DNA from: Thermoprotei archaeon
GTDB taxonomy: Archaea; Thermoproteota; Thermoprotei; QMSL01
DNA: 64,000 nucleotides
Direction of reading: 5' to 3'
Assembly: GCA_003650925.1 (NCBI GenBank)
Contig: QMSP01000007.1
Span: 475 to 64,474, forward strand
A model generated the notes under the pieces. That model searched no databases, had not been told where the DNA came from, and was given only the letters and a program-made list of their open reading frames with translations. A program made the translations under genes and the position numbers. This document shows, piece by piece, positions 30,748 through 40,671 of the stretch (position 1 is its first letter; each line of letters begins with the position of its first letter).

Positions 30748-32055
30748 TTAGGGCTCAAGCCTATATCTATCCCTTGGGAAGAGTGAGGCTTCTCTTATGT
30801 TGCACAGGCCTAATAGCTTCATGGTCATCCTCTCTGCTCCTATGGCAAATCCTCCATGAGGAGGAGCTCCTTGCTTAAAAGCTTCGAGGTAGTATTTGAA
30901 ATCATCTGGATTCAGCCCCTTCTTGATCATCATCTGCCGAAGCAGCTCATACTGATGAATCCTTTGACTGCCTGTTGAGACTTCAAGACCTCTGAATATG
31001 AGGTCAAAGGACCTCCCATAGACCTCATCATAGGGCATTGTGTAGAAGGGCCTTGATGAGAGAGGGAACAAGTCCACGAATACCATGTCGACACCATAGT
31101 TCTCTTGGACATATTTAGTGATTAGTTCTTCCCCTCTAGTATCTAAGTCCTCAGCATCTTCATACTCCTTGAGATTGTAATATTCCACCAATATCTCCTT
31201 AACCTCAGGGAACCTGAGCTTGGGTATTCTATCAGGGATGGTAACCTCTGCACCTAGTAGCTTAAGCTCTCTACTGCAGTTCTCCTCAACACTCTGAAGC
31301 ATGTACTTTATAAGGTCTTCTTCGAAATTGATAAGGTCATTTTCGTCCTCTATGAATCCCATCTCTATGTCTAGGCTCACATACTCGTTTAAATGCCTGA
31401 CCGTGCTGTGCTTCTCGGCTCTATAGGCATGCCCTATTTCGAATACTCGCTCGAAGCCAGCTATGACTAACATCTGCTTGTATATCTGAGGACTTTGAGC
31501 AAGATACGCGATATTCTCAAAGTATTTAACTTCAAAGAGCTCAGCTCCTCCTTCAGTAGCATATACTACAATCTTTGGAGTATGTACCTCAATGAAGCGT
31601 CTCTCCTTTAGATATCTCCTAAAGGCGTCTACAAGCTCTGCTTGCACTCTAAAGATGGCCAGGTTCCTTGGCCTCTTCAAATCAGCCACCCTATAGCGAA
31701 GCCTTGTCCCTAAATCGGCTTCTATAGCTCCAGTAACATCAAGAGGTACACCGCCTATGACTCTATTCAGCACGCTTATGGACTCAGCCACTACTTCAAC
31801 AGGAAACTGCCTTGACCTGCTTCTCTGAACTATTCCCTTTACTTCAATAACGTCCTCCATGTTTAGGCTTCTAGCAAGCTTTACTAGGTCAGGATTACCC
31901 TTGACGACTACTTGGCATAGGCCTGTACAATCCCTCAGAATGATGAACACCAATCCACCAAGCGCCCTCACTTTATGTACCCATCCAGCTATCTTCACCT
32001 GCCGTCCTAGCAGAGAGGGCAAGTCCTCCATGAAGGTTTTCTTCAAGCAAAGCAC
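30748..32055 (-). CDS. aspS: Aspartyl-tRNA synthetase (archaeal type)
   Basis: GWVH, LAQSPQIYKQ, RAEKH.T.RHLNE, PPHGGFAIG.ER, FPRD. Confidence 0.93.
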   Translation of the reverse strand: MLCLKKTFMEDLPSLLGRQVKIAGWVHKVRALGGLVFIILRDCTGLCQVVVKGNPDLVKLARSLNMEDVIEVKGIVQRSRSRQFPVEVVAESISVLNRVIGGVPLDVTGAIEADLGTRLRYRVADLKRPRNLAIFRVQAELVDAFRRYLKERRFIEVHTPKIVVYATEGGAELFEVKYFENIAYLAQSPQIYKQMLVIAGFERVFEIGHAYRAEKHSTVRHLNEYVSLDIEMGFIEDENDLINFEEDLIKYMLQSVEENCSRELKLLGAEVTIPDRIPKLRFPEVKEILVEYYNLKEYEDAEDLDTRGEELITKYVQENYGVDMVFVDLFPLSSRPFYTMPYDEVYGRSFDLIFRGLEVSTGSQRIHQYELLRQMMIKKGLNPDDFKYYLEAFKQGAPPHGGFAIGAERMTMKLLGLCNIREASLFPRDRYRLEP

Positions 32056-32109
32056 CTCTCAGGATATCCTAGAGTGTATAGCCTGAATTTAAACTCAATG
32101 TGCAATTAC

Positions 32110-32877
32110 TCAGTACATAGAATTCTCGATTGTTCTGCGCAGGAAGTCTTGGCCCTCCTTAGCGAAAAGAGGCAGATCCCAGCAAACGTCCACTCTATGC
32201 CTTAAGGCCTTCACTTGGATGCGCTTCATAGGGTCATAGCCCGTTTTCTCATACCTTCTTCTAAATATCAATACTCCTCTTGACTGCCATGAAGGCAACT
32301 TCTCGATATCTACTCCAGACCTCTTGATGACCTTAATTAGCTCCTTCGCCTTAAGGCCTTTAAGAGCTTCTGCCACCCTCCTGGGGCTTAATCCTCTTTT
32401 CCTCATGGCATGATATGCGTAGCTGTTGAGAAAATTCCTGTAGGCCTCCATCTGCCTCCATGCAAAGTAGTCTAGGATATCATCTAAGTTATCGAGTGTA
32501 ACTATCCTAGCATCAAAGGAGACAACCTCCAGAACTCTGAGCTTGCTATACAGAGAGCATGTAAATGCGCTGCTCAACAAGCTTGCAAAAATGGAGTCAA
32601 GCTTCTCAACTCTTCCATTGAAGGGATAGGGCTTGGCTAGAAGAAAACTCACCTCATCTGAGAAGGCGAAGGCCACTTTTACACATGGGAATTCCTTGAA
32701 TATAGTGATTGATGACTCGATTAGGGCTTCAATCAACCTCCTATCATAGGGTTTCTTGAAGCCAACTCTTTCAGTGAGAGCATGAAAGTTCCTACCATCA
32801 CACCTTATGACGCAGAAGGGTTTCTCATCTATCCTGATGCCGCTATAGGCCTCTTTATCCTTCATCCCTCTTATCAA
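32110..32877 (-). CDS. thg1: tRNA(His) guanylyltransferase, Thg1-like protein
   Basis: RCDGRNFH, FKKPYD, SDEVS, GRVEK, FDAR, WRQ. Confidence 0.92.
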   Translation of the reverse strand: MIRGMKDKEAYSGIRIDEKPFCVIRCDGRNFHALTERVGFKKPYDRRLIEALIESSITIFKEFPCVKVAFAFSDEVSFLLAKPYPFNGRVEKLDSIFASLLSSAFTCSLYSKLRVLEVVSFDARIVTLDNLDDILDYFAWRQMEAYRNFLNSYAYHAMRKRGLSPRRVAEALKGLKAKELIKVIKRSGVDIEKLPSWQSRGVLIFRRRYEKTGYDPMKRIQVKALRHRVDVCWDLPLFAKEGQDFLRRTIENSMY

Positions 32878-32883
32878 GGGATT

Positions 32884-34266
32884 TCACCTTACGATCTCTA
32901 TTCTAACCATGTCAGTTGAGCCTTCCACTAGTCCCGTAGTATAGACCAGAATATCTCCATATGATATCTCTCCCGCTCTCTTGAGCTCCTCTATAGCCTT
33001 AGCCCAAGCCTCCTGGTAGTCCTTTGCCTCAACAAATAGAGGCCTTATTCCCCATAGGAGGTTTATCTGTCGAGCTACTTTCAGATTGCTGGTGACAGCA
33101 TACATAGGCACCTTTATTCTATACCTAGCTAATCTCCTGGGGGTGGTTCCTCCTCTGGTGTAGGCTATTACCTTTCCCCTTATCGACGAAGCGAGAAAGG
33201 CTACTCCTTTGGCGAATTTATCATATATTGTCTCCTCGGGATTCTCCATCTCGACGTCTAGGTCCTTCTCGGCTTCCTCAATTACCTTCCTCAGCCATCT
33301 GACGCTATCAACTGGATATCTCCCTATGGAAGTCTCATCAGCCAACATTAGTGCATCAACACCTTGCTTGACAGCATTCATCACATCAACTACTTCCGCT
33401 CTCGTAGGCATAGGGCTATTCACCATGGATTCAAGGAGCTGAGTTGCTAGGATGACAGGCTTGCCCTTCTTGATGCAGCACTCTATAACAGTCTCCTGAA
33501 TTTTCGGTATCTCAGCAAGGTCGAAGTACATTCCAAGATCTCCCCTTGCGACAAGCACAACATCACTTGCATCAACTATCTCTTCAAGATGACTAACAGC
33601 TGACCTGGTCTCTATCTTAGCTATCACTCTTATGTCATCCCCTCCTTTATCCTCAAGTATGTCCTTCAGTAGCCTTATATCGTAGCTGCTTCTAACAAAA
33701 GACAAGGCTATGTACTCCAGGCCATGTTCAATGGCAAATTCTATGTCCCTCACGTCCTTGTCAGTTATGGGAGGCACCTTGGGCTCCTTGCCATATATTG
33801 TTATGGTTCTTCTGCTCTTTATACATCCGTCGTTCAGTACTGTACATCTTATTCTATCATCAAGCACTCTGTCAACTCTAAGCTTAATTCTCCCTCCCTC
33901 AAGAAGTATGAGGTCTCCCTCCTCAATCATAAAATACATTCTAGCGCTTGGAAGAGGTATGACCTTATCCTCAGCGCTTCCCTTGCTCGAGTTCACGAGA
34001 AATACTGTATCACCATGCTTCACATCAAAGGGGTCAACATCACCTATTCTGAATGTAGGGCCTTGCAGGTCCCCTATTATTGGAACATAGCCTCTCATTA
34101 TCCTCTCAGCTTCTCTTATAGCCTTAACGTACTCCTCCTTCTCCTCAAGAGTGCCATGAGAGAAATTGATCCTCATGACGTCAGCTCCCTCCCTAATCAT
34201 CTTGATTAATGTTGATGTAGAGCATGATGCAGGCCCTACAGTGACTATTATCTTTGTCATTCTCAT
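32884..34266 (-). CDS. pyk: Pyruvate kinase
   Basis: TVGPA, RINFSHG, DLQGP, AKIE, ARGDLG, PTRAEV.D. Confidence 0.95.
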   Translation of the reverse strand: MRMTKIIVTVGPASCSTSTLIKMIREGADVMRINFSHGTLEEKEEYVKAIREAERIMRGYVPIIGDLQGPTFRIGDVDPFDVKHGDTVFLVNSSKGSAEDKVIPLPSARMYFMIEEGDLILLEGGRIKLRVDRVLDDRIRCTVLNDGCIKSRRTITIYGKEPKVPPITDKDVRDIEFAIEHGLEYIALSFVRSSYDIRLLKDILEDKGGDDIRVIAKIETRSAVSHLEEIVDASDVVLVARGDLGMYFDLAEIPKIQETVIECCIKKGKPVILATQLLESMVNSPMPTRAEVVDVMNAVKQGVDALMLADETSIGRYPVDSVRWLRKVIEEAEKDLDVEMENPEETIYDKFAKGVAFLASSIRGKVIAYTRGGTTPRRLARYRIKVPMYAVTSNLKVARQINLLWGIRPLFVEAKDYQEAWAKAIEELKRAGEISYGDILVYTTGLVEGSTDMVRIEIVR

Positions 34267-34332
34267 ATGATCACCTTTTTTAGAACTAGCACCACACTTA
34301 TTAAACTTAGGTGAAGTCTTAGGACTGATACT

Positions 34333-35910
34333 ATGCCGATTAGGTTCAAAACTCCAAGGGGCACTAGAGACCTCCTTCCTCAGGAGATGCGAATCTTTAG
34401 ATATCTTGAGTCCATCCTCAGAGAGACTTTTGAGAGCTTCGGTTATAGTGAAGTGCAGACTCCTATCTTTGAGCTTTTCGATCTCTTTGCTCTAAGATCA
34501 GGTGATGAGATTCGGAACACCATGTTCGTATTCGAGACAGGCGAAGGTGAGATGGCTTTAAGACCTGAGATGACGGCTCCTATATGCAGGATGATAGTTG
34601 AAGGCAAGCTTGATGTCTCAAGGAAACCCATCAAGGTATACTACATAGCCAGGTGCTTCAGATACGAGGAGCCTCAAGCTGGAAGATATCGAGAGTTCTG
34701 GCAGGCAGGCTGCGAATTAATGGGCTCTCCCTATCCTGAAGCTGATGTTGAAGTGATTGAATTAGCCGATAGGGTTTTGAAGAAGCTTGGTGTAAAGGAC
34801 TATGTAATAAGGCTTGGAGATGTAGCTCTTCTCAGGACCTACATGGAGAGCTTAGGCGTGAACTACGAAGTACAGAATAAAGTCCTCTCGACACTGGATC
34901 ATGTACAGAGCTCAATAAACAAACTTGAAGTCTATATCAACAAGTTAAAGGATGATGGAATGTTGGACAAGACCGAGATCATAGACCTAAGCGAGAGGGC
35001 ATATAACATTGAACGACTTAAGCGAAGATTAAGGAGATATGAGGTTCCAGCCCCATTTAGGCAATATCTTGAGCTTGACTTAGAGGTCTATAAAGTCGAA
35101 GATCTGTCAAGAGATGAGCTTATAAAATTCATAGAGAGAAAGATAGAGGAGCTGATGATACTTATCCCTCTTGCTCTGGCATACGAAGGACTACTCATAG
35201 CAGGTCAGAGAGTAAGACTGCCATTGAGAGTAGCTGAAGTTCTATCCAGAGCTCTTCGAGCTAAAGGTCATGACATAACAGAAGTCATTGAGAGAGCAGA
35301 GGATCTCTTCGGTCATGTAGATAAGGCCAAGGAGGAAATAAGCAGGCTGGAGGAGATAATTGAACTCCTCAAGGAACTTGAGGTATCTAATGTCCTACTA
35401 GACCTTGGCCTTGCACGTGGCCTAGAGTACTACACGGGCATAGTGTTTGAAGTCCATGTTCCATTCCTAGGCGCACAAAGCCAGGTTTGTGGCGGTGGGA
35501 GATATGATAAATTAGTGGCTGAATTTGGTGGACCAAACATACCTGCTGTAGGCCTTGCCTTTGGCATGGACAGACTTATGCTAGTGTTAGAGAAGACCAT
35601 GCAGGTAAAGCTTAGCGAGCAACCTCTAGTCATGGTCGTCCCTGTCTCCACTAAAGAGATCCCAGCTGCCATCAGGATATCCAGTCAGCTTAGACAAAGA
35701 GGCGTAAGAGTCTTCTCTGAGCTTATGAGAAGATCCCTCAAGAGAAGCCTATCCATGGCTGATAAGCTGGGAGCATCAGTCGTGATCATAGTTGGCGAGA
35801 AGGAGCTTAGAGAAGGAAAAGTAGTGGTCAGATACATGAAGGAGAGAAGACAGGATATTGTTAAGATTGAAGATCTTGGGAAGGTGGTCGCTTGCTACTT
35901 GAAGAGCTAG
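34333..35910 (+). CDS. hisS: Histidyl-tRNA synthetase with long insertion
   Basis: PRGTRD, LRPEMT, FRYEEPQAGRYREFWQ, RGLEYYTG, GGGRYD. Confidence 0.95.
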   Translation: MPIRFKTPRGTRDLLPQEMRIFRYLESILRETFESFGYSEVQTPIFELFDLFALRSGDEIRNTMFVFETGEGEMALRPEMTAPICRMIVEGKLDVSRKPIKVYYIARCFRYEEPQAGRYREFWQAGCELMGSPYPEADVEVIELADRVLKKLGVKDYVIRLGDVALLRTYMESLGVNYEVQNKVLSTLDHVQSSINKLEVYINKLKDDGMLDKTEIIDLSERAYNIERLKRRLRRYEVPAPFRQYLELDLEVYKVEDLSRDELIKFIERKIEELMILIPLALAYEGLLIAGQRVRLPLRVAEVLSRALRAKGHDITEVIERAEDLFGHVDKAKEEISRLEEIIELLKELEVSNVLLDLGLARGLEYYTGIVFEVHVPFLGAQSQVCGGGRYDKLVAEFGGPNIPAVGLAFGMDRLMLVLEKTMQVKLSEQPLVMVVPVSTKEIPAAIRISSQLRQRGVRVFSELMRRSLKRSLSMADKLGASVVIIVGEKELREGKVVVRYMKERRQDIVKIEDLGKVVACYLKS

Positions 35911-36977
35911 GTCCCATAGTGGTCTTCGTAGGGCCTAAAGGCTCAGGTAAGTCGAGCCTGATAGGCAGGATACTCCTTGAAGCAAACATTGTAAGCAGAG
36001 AGGATGAGGAGGAAGCTAGAGCTGTAGCTAAGCTCCTGAATAGAGATTCTTACTACTCTCTTCTGGTAGATGAGACCCTTTCTGAGAGAAAGCACGGTTT
36101 CACCCAAGTCATGAAGCTCATAGGGCCTATCAAGCTATTCGATAGAAGTATTAGGCTGGTTGATACTCCTGGCGACTTCAAGTACTTTCGTGACATCATG
36201 GCTGCTCTATGCATAGCTGATAAGCTGTTCATCACGCTTCAGCCTGGTGCACGTGATGAAATAGAGCCTTTTCTACATATTGCAAAGGCTCTGGAGGTAG
36301 AGGATGTAGTAATAGTCCTCAATAAGCAAGATCTATCAACTATACCCACCAATGGGCTGCTCCATGACTTGACCATAATACCTGCATCAGCTCTAAAAGG
36401 CTTCAACATAGACTGTATATTAGATGAAATAGCTAAGGCCAAGTTCAAGAGGAGAAGTACAGAGCCCACTAGAATGCCCATTATCAAGGTCATAGGTGAC
36501 CTAGGCATTGCCATAGGAGTTATCACCCAAGGTAGCATGAGGATCCACGAGCAAGTCCTCATAGCCCCAGAGTATAAGGTAGGCGAGATCGAAGTCATAG
36601 AGGTTCATGGTAGGAAAGTAGAGATTGCTCATGCTGGATACGATATAGGATTGAGCATGAAGGGTGTTGGAAGGCAGTACATTAAGAGAGGCTATCTAAT
36701 AGGCGATCTAAAGAAGCCTCCTATAAGGGCCTCCACTATGAGGTGTAGCCTTCTATGGAGTCGTGAGCTGAGGGAGGGAATGAATGTTATAGTTAATGTT
36801 CATGCCTCTCAGGCACAATGCAAGATAGCCAGAGTACTTGCAGATATGGTCGAGCTGAAGGTGTTAAGCCCTCCATACCTACCAGTGGATGAAAGACTTC
36901 GAGAAACCTCCGTACTTGTGCTCAGAACGAATAAGAACATAGTAGGAGTGGGTATTTGTGAAGAGGTCAACCCCTAA
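35892..36977 (+). CDS. Divergent EF-1alpha/EF-Tu-superfamily GTPase
   Basis: GPKGSGKS, ERKHGFT, DTPG, NKQD, SALKG, followed by domain II/III-like beta barrels. Confidence 0.8.
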   Translation: MLLEELGPIVVFVGPKGSGKSSLIGRILLEANIVSREDEEEARAVAKLLNRDSYYSLLVDETLSERKHGFTQVMKLIGPIKLFDRSIRLVDTPGDFKYFRDIMAALCIADKLFITLQPGARDEIEPFLHIAKALEVEDVVIVLNKQDLSTIPTNGLLHDLTIIPASALKGFNIDCILDEIAKAKFKRRSTEPTRMPIIKVIGDLGIAIGVITQGSMRIHEQVLIAPEYKVGEIEVIEVHGRKVEIAHAGYDIGLSMKGVGRQYIKRGYLIGDLKKPPIRASTMRCSLLWSRELREGMNVIVNVHASQAQCKIARVLADMVELKVLSPPYLPVDERLRETSVLVLRTNKNIVGVGICEEVNP

Positions 36978-38299
36978 GCCAATTCAAGATATCTATCGAT
37001 CTCCCACTCGGTTATACAGTATCTGCTCTTCTCCCAGCCTCCATGCGCCTCTATGTAGTCCTCCCACTCCTTCCTCCTCAACTTTATGTACTTCTCCATA
37101 AGGCTCCTGCCCAACCCCTCTACAAGAAGCTCATCTTTGAGAAGCTCCTGTAGTGCCTCCTCCAAGGTCTCTGGAAGACAAGGTAGCCCTTCATGCCTAT
37201 GATATACGTTGTAGTCGACATGATCCTCAGGCCTTAGCCCTCTCTCCACACCATCAATTCCAGCCAGCGCTACCGAAGCGAAGGCTAGATATGGGTTAAA
37301 GGATGGATCTGGATGTCTGTACTCAATCTTAGCCTTTCCCGTTCTATAGACAGGCACTCTTATTAAAGTTGACCTATTTCCATAGCCCCAGGAGATATAG
37401 ACTGGCGCCTCATGCCCTGGCACAAGCCTCTTATAGGAGTTAACAGTAGGTGAGACTATCGCTGAAAGAGCACGAGCATGTGACAGAACTCCTGCTATGA
37501 AGCTTAAGGCTATGCTAGATAGCCTATAGGGACTCCTCCTCTCAAGCATGAATAGGTTCTCTCCATCAATGGAGTGTAGTGATAGATGAAGATGTGCTCC
37601 ACTTCCATTTATTCCCCAAAACGGCTTAGGCATGAATGTTGCTATGAGACCCATCTTTTTAGCTACACACTTGGCCGCTAGCTTGAATAATATCACTCTG
37701 TCAGCTGTACTTAGAAGATCATCATACATGAAGTCCATCTCATACTGTCCTGGAGCTACCTCGTGATGAAGCTTCTCAAACCTAAACCCTAGGCTCTCAA
37801 GCATCTCCATAAGCCTTACCTTGAAGTGAACTCCTTCGTTTAGAGGCTCATAGTCAAAATATTCCCCTCGATCATAAGGCACTATCTCCTTACCTATTCG
37901 CTTTACAAGGAAGAATTCAAGCTCAACTCCAACTCCAACCTTGTATCCGAGCTTTTGTATCTTATCCATAACCCCTCTGAGGACGAACCTGGGGTCATGT
38001 GGGTGAGGCCTCTCATCCTTGTAGACGTGGCAGAACATGAGTGCTGTCCTATCCCACCATGGTGTAATGATGAATGTATCCATATCAGGAATCATGACCA
38101 GATCACTATCCTCTATGTCTGCATAGCCTGGTACTGATGAACCATCAAAACCTACGCCATCCGTCAGGTAATCCTTAAGTGTATACTTTCTCACTATGAC
38201 ACCTTTTGGTCTTCCGAAGACATCAACTATTACAAAACGTATGTATTTTATGTTCTTTCGCTCGACTTCCTTTATTATTTCTGTAGGCTCTCTCGGCAT
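36974..38299 (-). CDS. glnA: Glutamine synthetase type I
   Basis: FDGSS, ELEF, HHEVAPGQYE, TFMPKP..GINGSGAH, NSYKRLVPGHEAP; likely start MPREP (ORF open to 38362). Confidence 0.95.
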   Translation of the reverse strand: MPREPTEIIKEVERKNIKYIRFVIVDVFGRPKGVIVRKYTLKDYLTDGVGFDGSSVPGYADIEDSDLVMIPDMDTFIITPWWDRTALMFCHVYKDERPHPHDPRFVLRGVMDKIQKLGYKVGVGVELEFFLVKRIGKEIVPYDRGEYFDYEPLNEGVHFKVRLMEMLESLGFRFEKLHHEVAPGQYEMDFMYDDLLSTADRVILFKLAAKCVAKKMGLIATFMPKPFWGINGSGAHLHLSLHSIDGENLFMLERRSPYRLSSIALSFIAGVLSHARALSAIVSPTVNSYKRLVPGHEAPVYISWGYGNRSTLIRVPVYRTGKAKIEYRHPDPSFNPYLAFASVALAGIDGVERGLRPEDHVDYNVYHRHEGLPCLPETLEEALQELLKDELLVEGLGRSLMEKYIKLRRKEWEDYIEAHGGWEKSRYCITEWEIDRYLELA

Positions 38300-38384
38300 G
38301 TAATACCAAGATTCGTAGTGGAACTTATCCCTTACGCTTATAAACAGTAAAGCTATATTCACTCAGGTCATCAGAGGTGTTGAC

Positions 38385-38693
38385 TTGAACTCGAAGAGGC
38401 TGGAGCCTGAGGTGTATGAAGGCAGGCTGATAAAGGTTCACCTAATGCCTGGATGTATCTTAATAGAGGTCAGGTCATCTGAAGAGGCCTATCATGGATT
38501 GAGCATGGAGGCCACAGGCCTTTATATGCTGGAGTATGATGACATATTGAATGTGAAGATAGAGAATGAAGAAGTAGTGCTTTTACTCAGAGATGGATCA
38601 TCGCTTAGGCTTGAAGTGGACAGGCCCATAGAGCTATACAGCAGGATAAAGCATATATTGGCTAGTATTGAAACCTTTAGAGGTAGAGGCTAG
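38385..38693 (+). CDS. Hypothetical protein (PH-like beta fold possible)
   Basis: ORF with GAGGTG SD. Confidence 0.55.
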   Translation: MNSKRLEPEVYEGRLIKVHLMPGCILIEVRSSEEAYHGLSMEATGLYMLEYDDILNVKIENEEVVLLLRDGSSLRLEVDRPIELYSRIKHILASIETFRGRG

Positions 38694-39282
38694 GAGCTTG
38701 CAAGAGGTTAGCAAGCTGGTGGCTGGGGCCGCTATAATGGGCTCTCTAGCCGTAGTACTCACCTTTGCGGGTCTAGAAATCCCTTATCCTCCACTGCCAT
38801 ACCTCAAGTTCGATCTAGCCGAAATACCCTCAATAGTGGCTCTAGTCATGTATGGTCTAAGATGCTCCTTTCTAGTAGCCTCAATACACTTCCTAACCTT
38901 AGCCTCGCTTAAAGGGCTTCTTGGTCCCTTCATGAAGTTCCTTGCAGTGATTTCCACCATAATCGGCTTCTATGTTGGAGAAAGGGCCTTGGGCTCCTTA
39001 GCACCTAAGGCACTCGTACTCCTTAGCATGCTCATAGCCATGATTGTAAGAACTCTTGTCATGACAGTTGCAAACTATGTGCTCCTCATATGGGTGAGTC
39101 CAGGATATCTCACGTTTGCCATGGAATGTCTTTCAAATGTCCTAGGCCTGAACATACAAGGCGAGGTTCATGGCCTGATCTTAGTTCTTCTATTCACAGG
39201 CATATACAATGCTATCCACACAATAATGAGCATAGTACCTGTACTTCCTCTCATGAGGATCCTAAGGAGAGTTAGGCTGTAA
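38668..39282 (+). CDS. ECF transporter S component
   Basis: IPYPPLPYLKFDLAEIP; about 6 TM helices. Confidence 0.85.
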   Translation: MKPLEVEARSLQEVSKLVAGAAIMGSLAVVLTFAGLEIPYPPLPYLKFDLAEIPSIVALVMYGLRCSFLVASIHFLTLASLKGLLGPFMKFLAVISTIIGFYVGERALGSLAPKALVLLSMLIAMIVRTLVMTVANYVLLIWVSPGYLTFAMECLSNVLGLNIQGEVHGLILVLLFTGIYNAIHTIMSIVPVLPLMRILRRVRL

Positions 39283-39295
39283 AAGAGGCTGAGGA

Positions 39296-39355
39296 GGTCA
39301 GATACGCCCGAGCTCGATCACTACCTCTCTCACCGTGGGTTCGCCTCATCATCCT
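39296..39355 (-). ncRNA. Box C/D guide sRNA
   Basis: gagg ATGATGA GGCGAACCCACG GTGA gagaggta GTGATCGA GCTCGGGCGTAT CTGA cctc; 12-nt guides and a 4-bp terminal stem. Confidence 0.8.
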
Positions 39356-39453
39356 CACTTGATCTTAGCGGTAGTAGTACAAAAGGTTTCACTAGGGCTA
39401 AAATTCAAAGTCTATATCCAAAATCTATCTAACTTTGATATAGGTGCCTTGGA

Positions 39454-40671
39454 TTGCTAGCCGAAAGCCTTGAAGTAATCATAAGACAGCAAGATGAGAT
39501 AATTCCCTGTACCATTGGTGATCTAGAGCACCTACTCAATAGAGGAGATATAGAAGTATTGACTGGCTCAGGCTATTCTAAGCTCATAAGGCTAAAAAAG
39601 TGCCTTCAAGACCACTACATCGAAGTGCTTCTGGAGAATGGCATCAGAATACGAGGCTCAGATTCACTAGCAGTTGAAACACTTGAGGGTCCAGTCAGCA
39701 TAGGTAATCTTAGAAGAGGAGACATGCTTCTCCTCAAGATCCCTCACATGACAGGTGACTTCAAAGCGTTAAATCTCCTCATGGTCATTGATAAAATCCC
39801 TCCTTGGCTTACTAGATACTTGTATGTGGATGGACTTTCATCTACCTTGGATAAAGCGCTTAAGGTCATGAATTGGAGGAGCATAGCTCTCCTCCTAGGA
39901 ATGAGGATCTCTAGGACTACATATGAGTGGTTAACTAGCGGCTATCTTCCTCTAGCCATGTTCAAAGGTCTTTTGTCAGAGTTAGGAGTTGAGGTTGACA
40001 GTCTTGAGGAACTAACTCTTAAACTAAGAAGAGGTAGAACTCAGATACCTCTATTAATAAAGCCTGATGACGACTACATGAGGCTGATATCATACTATGT
40101 AAACTGTGGAGCCTACTCTGAACTACAGCTGGATAAAGGTAAACTCACCTTTATTGTACACGATAGAGAGTCCCTCGATAGGATAATAGATACCATGGAC
40201 TCCCTCAGAGTATCTCATCGCATAGTGAGGATGCCCAAGGGCAGATTTAGAGTTAAGCTGAACAACAAGACCCTCTACATATTGTTCAGGTGGATTCTTA
40301 GGATACCTCTGGTTCCTACTAGGAGAAGGATACTACATCCGCCTCTCTCAAGCCTCTCCGAGAGAGCACTAGCTCGCATAATGAATCAGATCCTGGAAGT
40401 AAATGGCCTAGTCACATCTAGGATAGGTAGTGAGCAAGTCTTTGAAGTAAGAGCAAAGGGTATGGCCCTTGACATCATGAGACTGAAGTGGTATGAAGGA
40501 ATTAAGACTAGGCTATCTAAGCTTGATGGCCGCATGATATTGAATATACTGCCTGAGAAGGAGGATTTCCTATTGACCGTGGAGAATGTAAGGGTTGTCA
40601 AGGATAAGAGCATTTTGCTTTATGAGCTGCTGGTTGACTCCTCTGAAGGCGTACTAGCGGTCGACATCTGA
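39454..40671 (+). CDS. Free-standing degenerate intein (Hint + LAGLIDADG) protein
   Basis: Hint-N-like EVLLENGIRIRGSDSL..IGNLRRGD; LAGLIDADG-like LISYYVNCG and QILEVNG; Hint-C-like VENVRVV..LYELLV; no exteins. Confidence 0.7.
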   Translation: MLAESLEVIIRQQDEIIPCTIGDLEHLLNRGDIEVLTGSGYSKLIRLKKCLQDHYIEVLLENGIRIRGSDSLAVETLEGPVSIGNLRRGDMLLLKIPHMTGDFKALNLLMVIDKIPPWLTRYLYVDGLSSTLDKALKVMNWRSIALLLGMRISRTTYEWLTSGYLPLAMFKGLLSELGVEVDSLEELTLKLRRGRTQIPLLIKPDDDYMRLISYYVNCGAYSELQLDKGKLTFIVHDRESLDRIIDTMDSLRVSHRIVRMPKGRFRVKLNNKTLYILFRWILRIPLVPTRRRILHPPLSSLSERALARIMNQILEVNGLVTSRIGSEQVFEVRAKGMALDIMRLKWYEGIKTRLSKLDGRMILNILPEKEDFLLTVENVRVVKDKSILLYELLVDSSEGVLAVDI

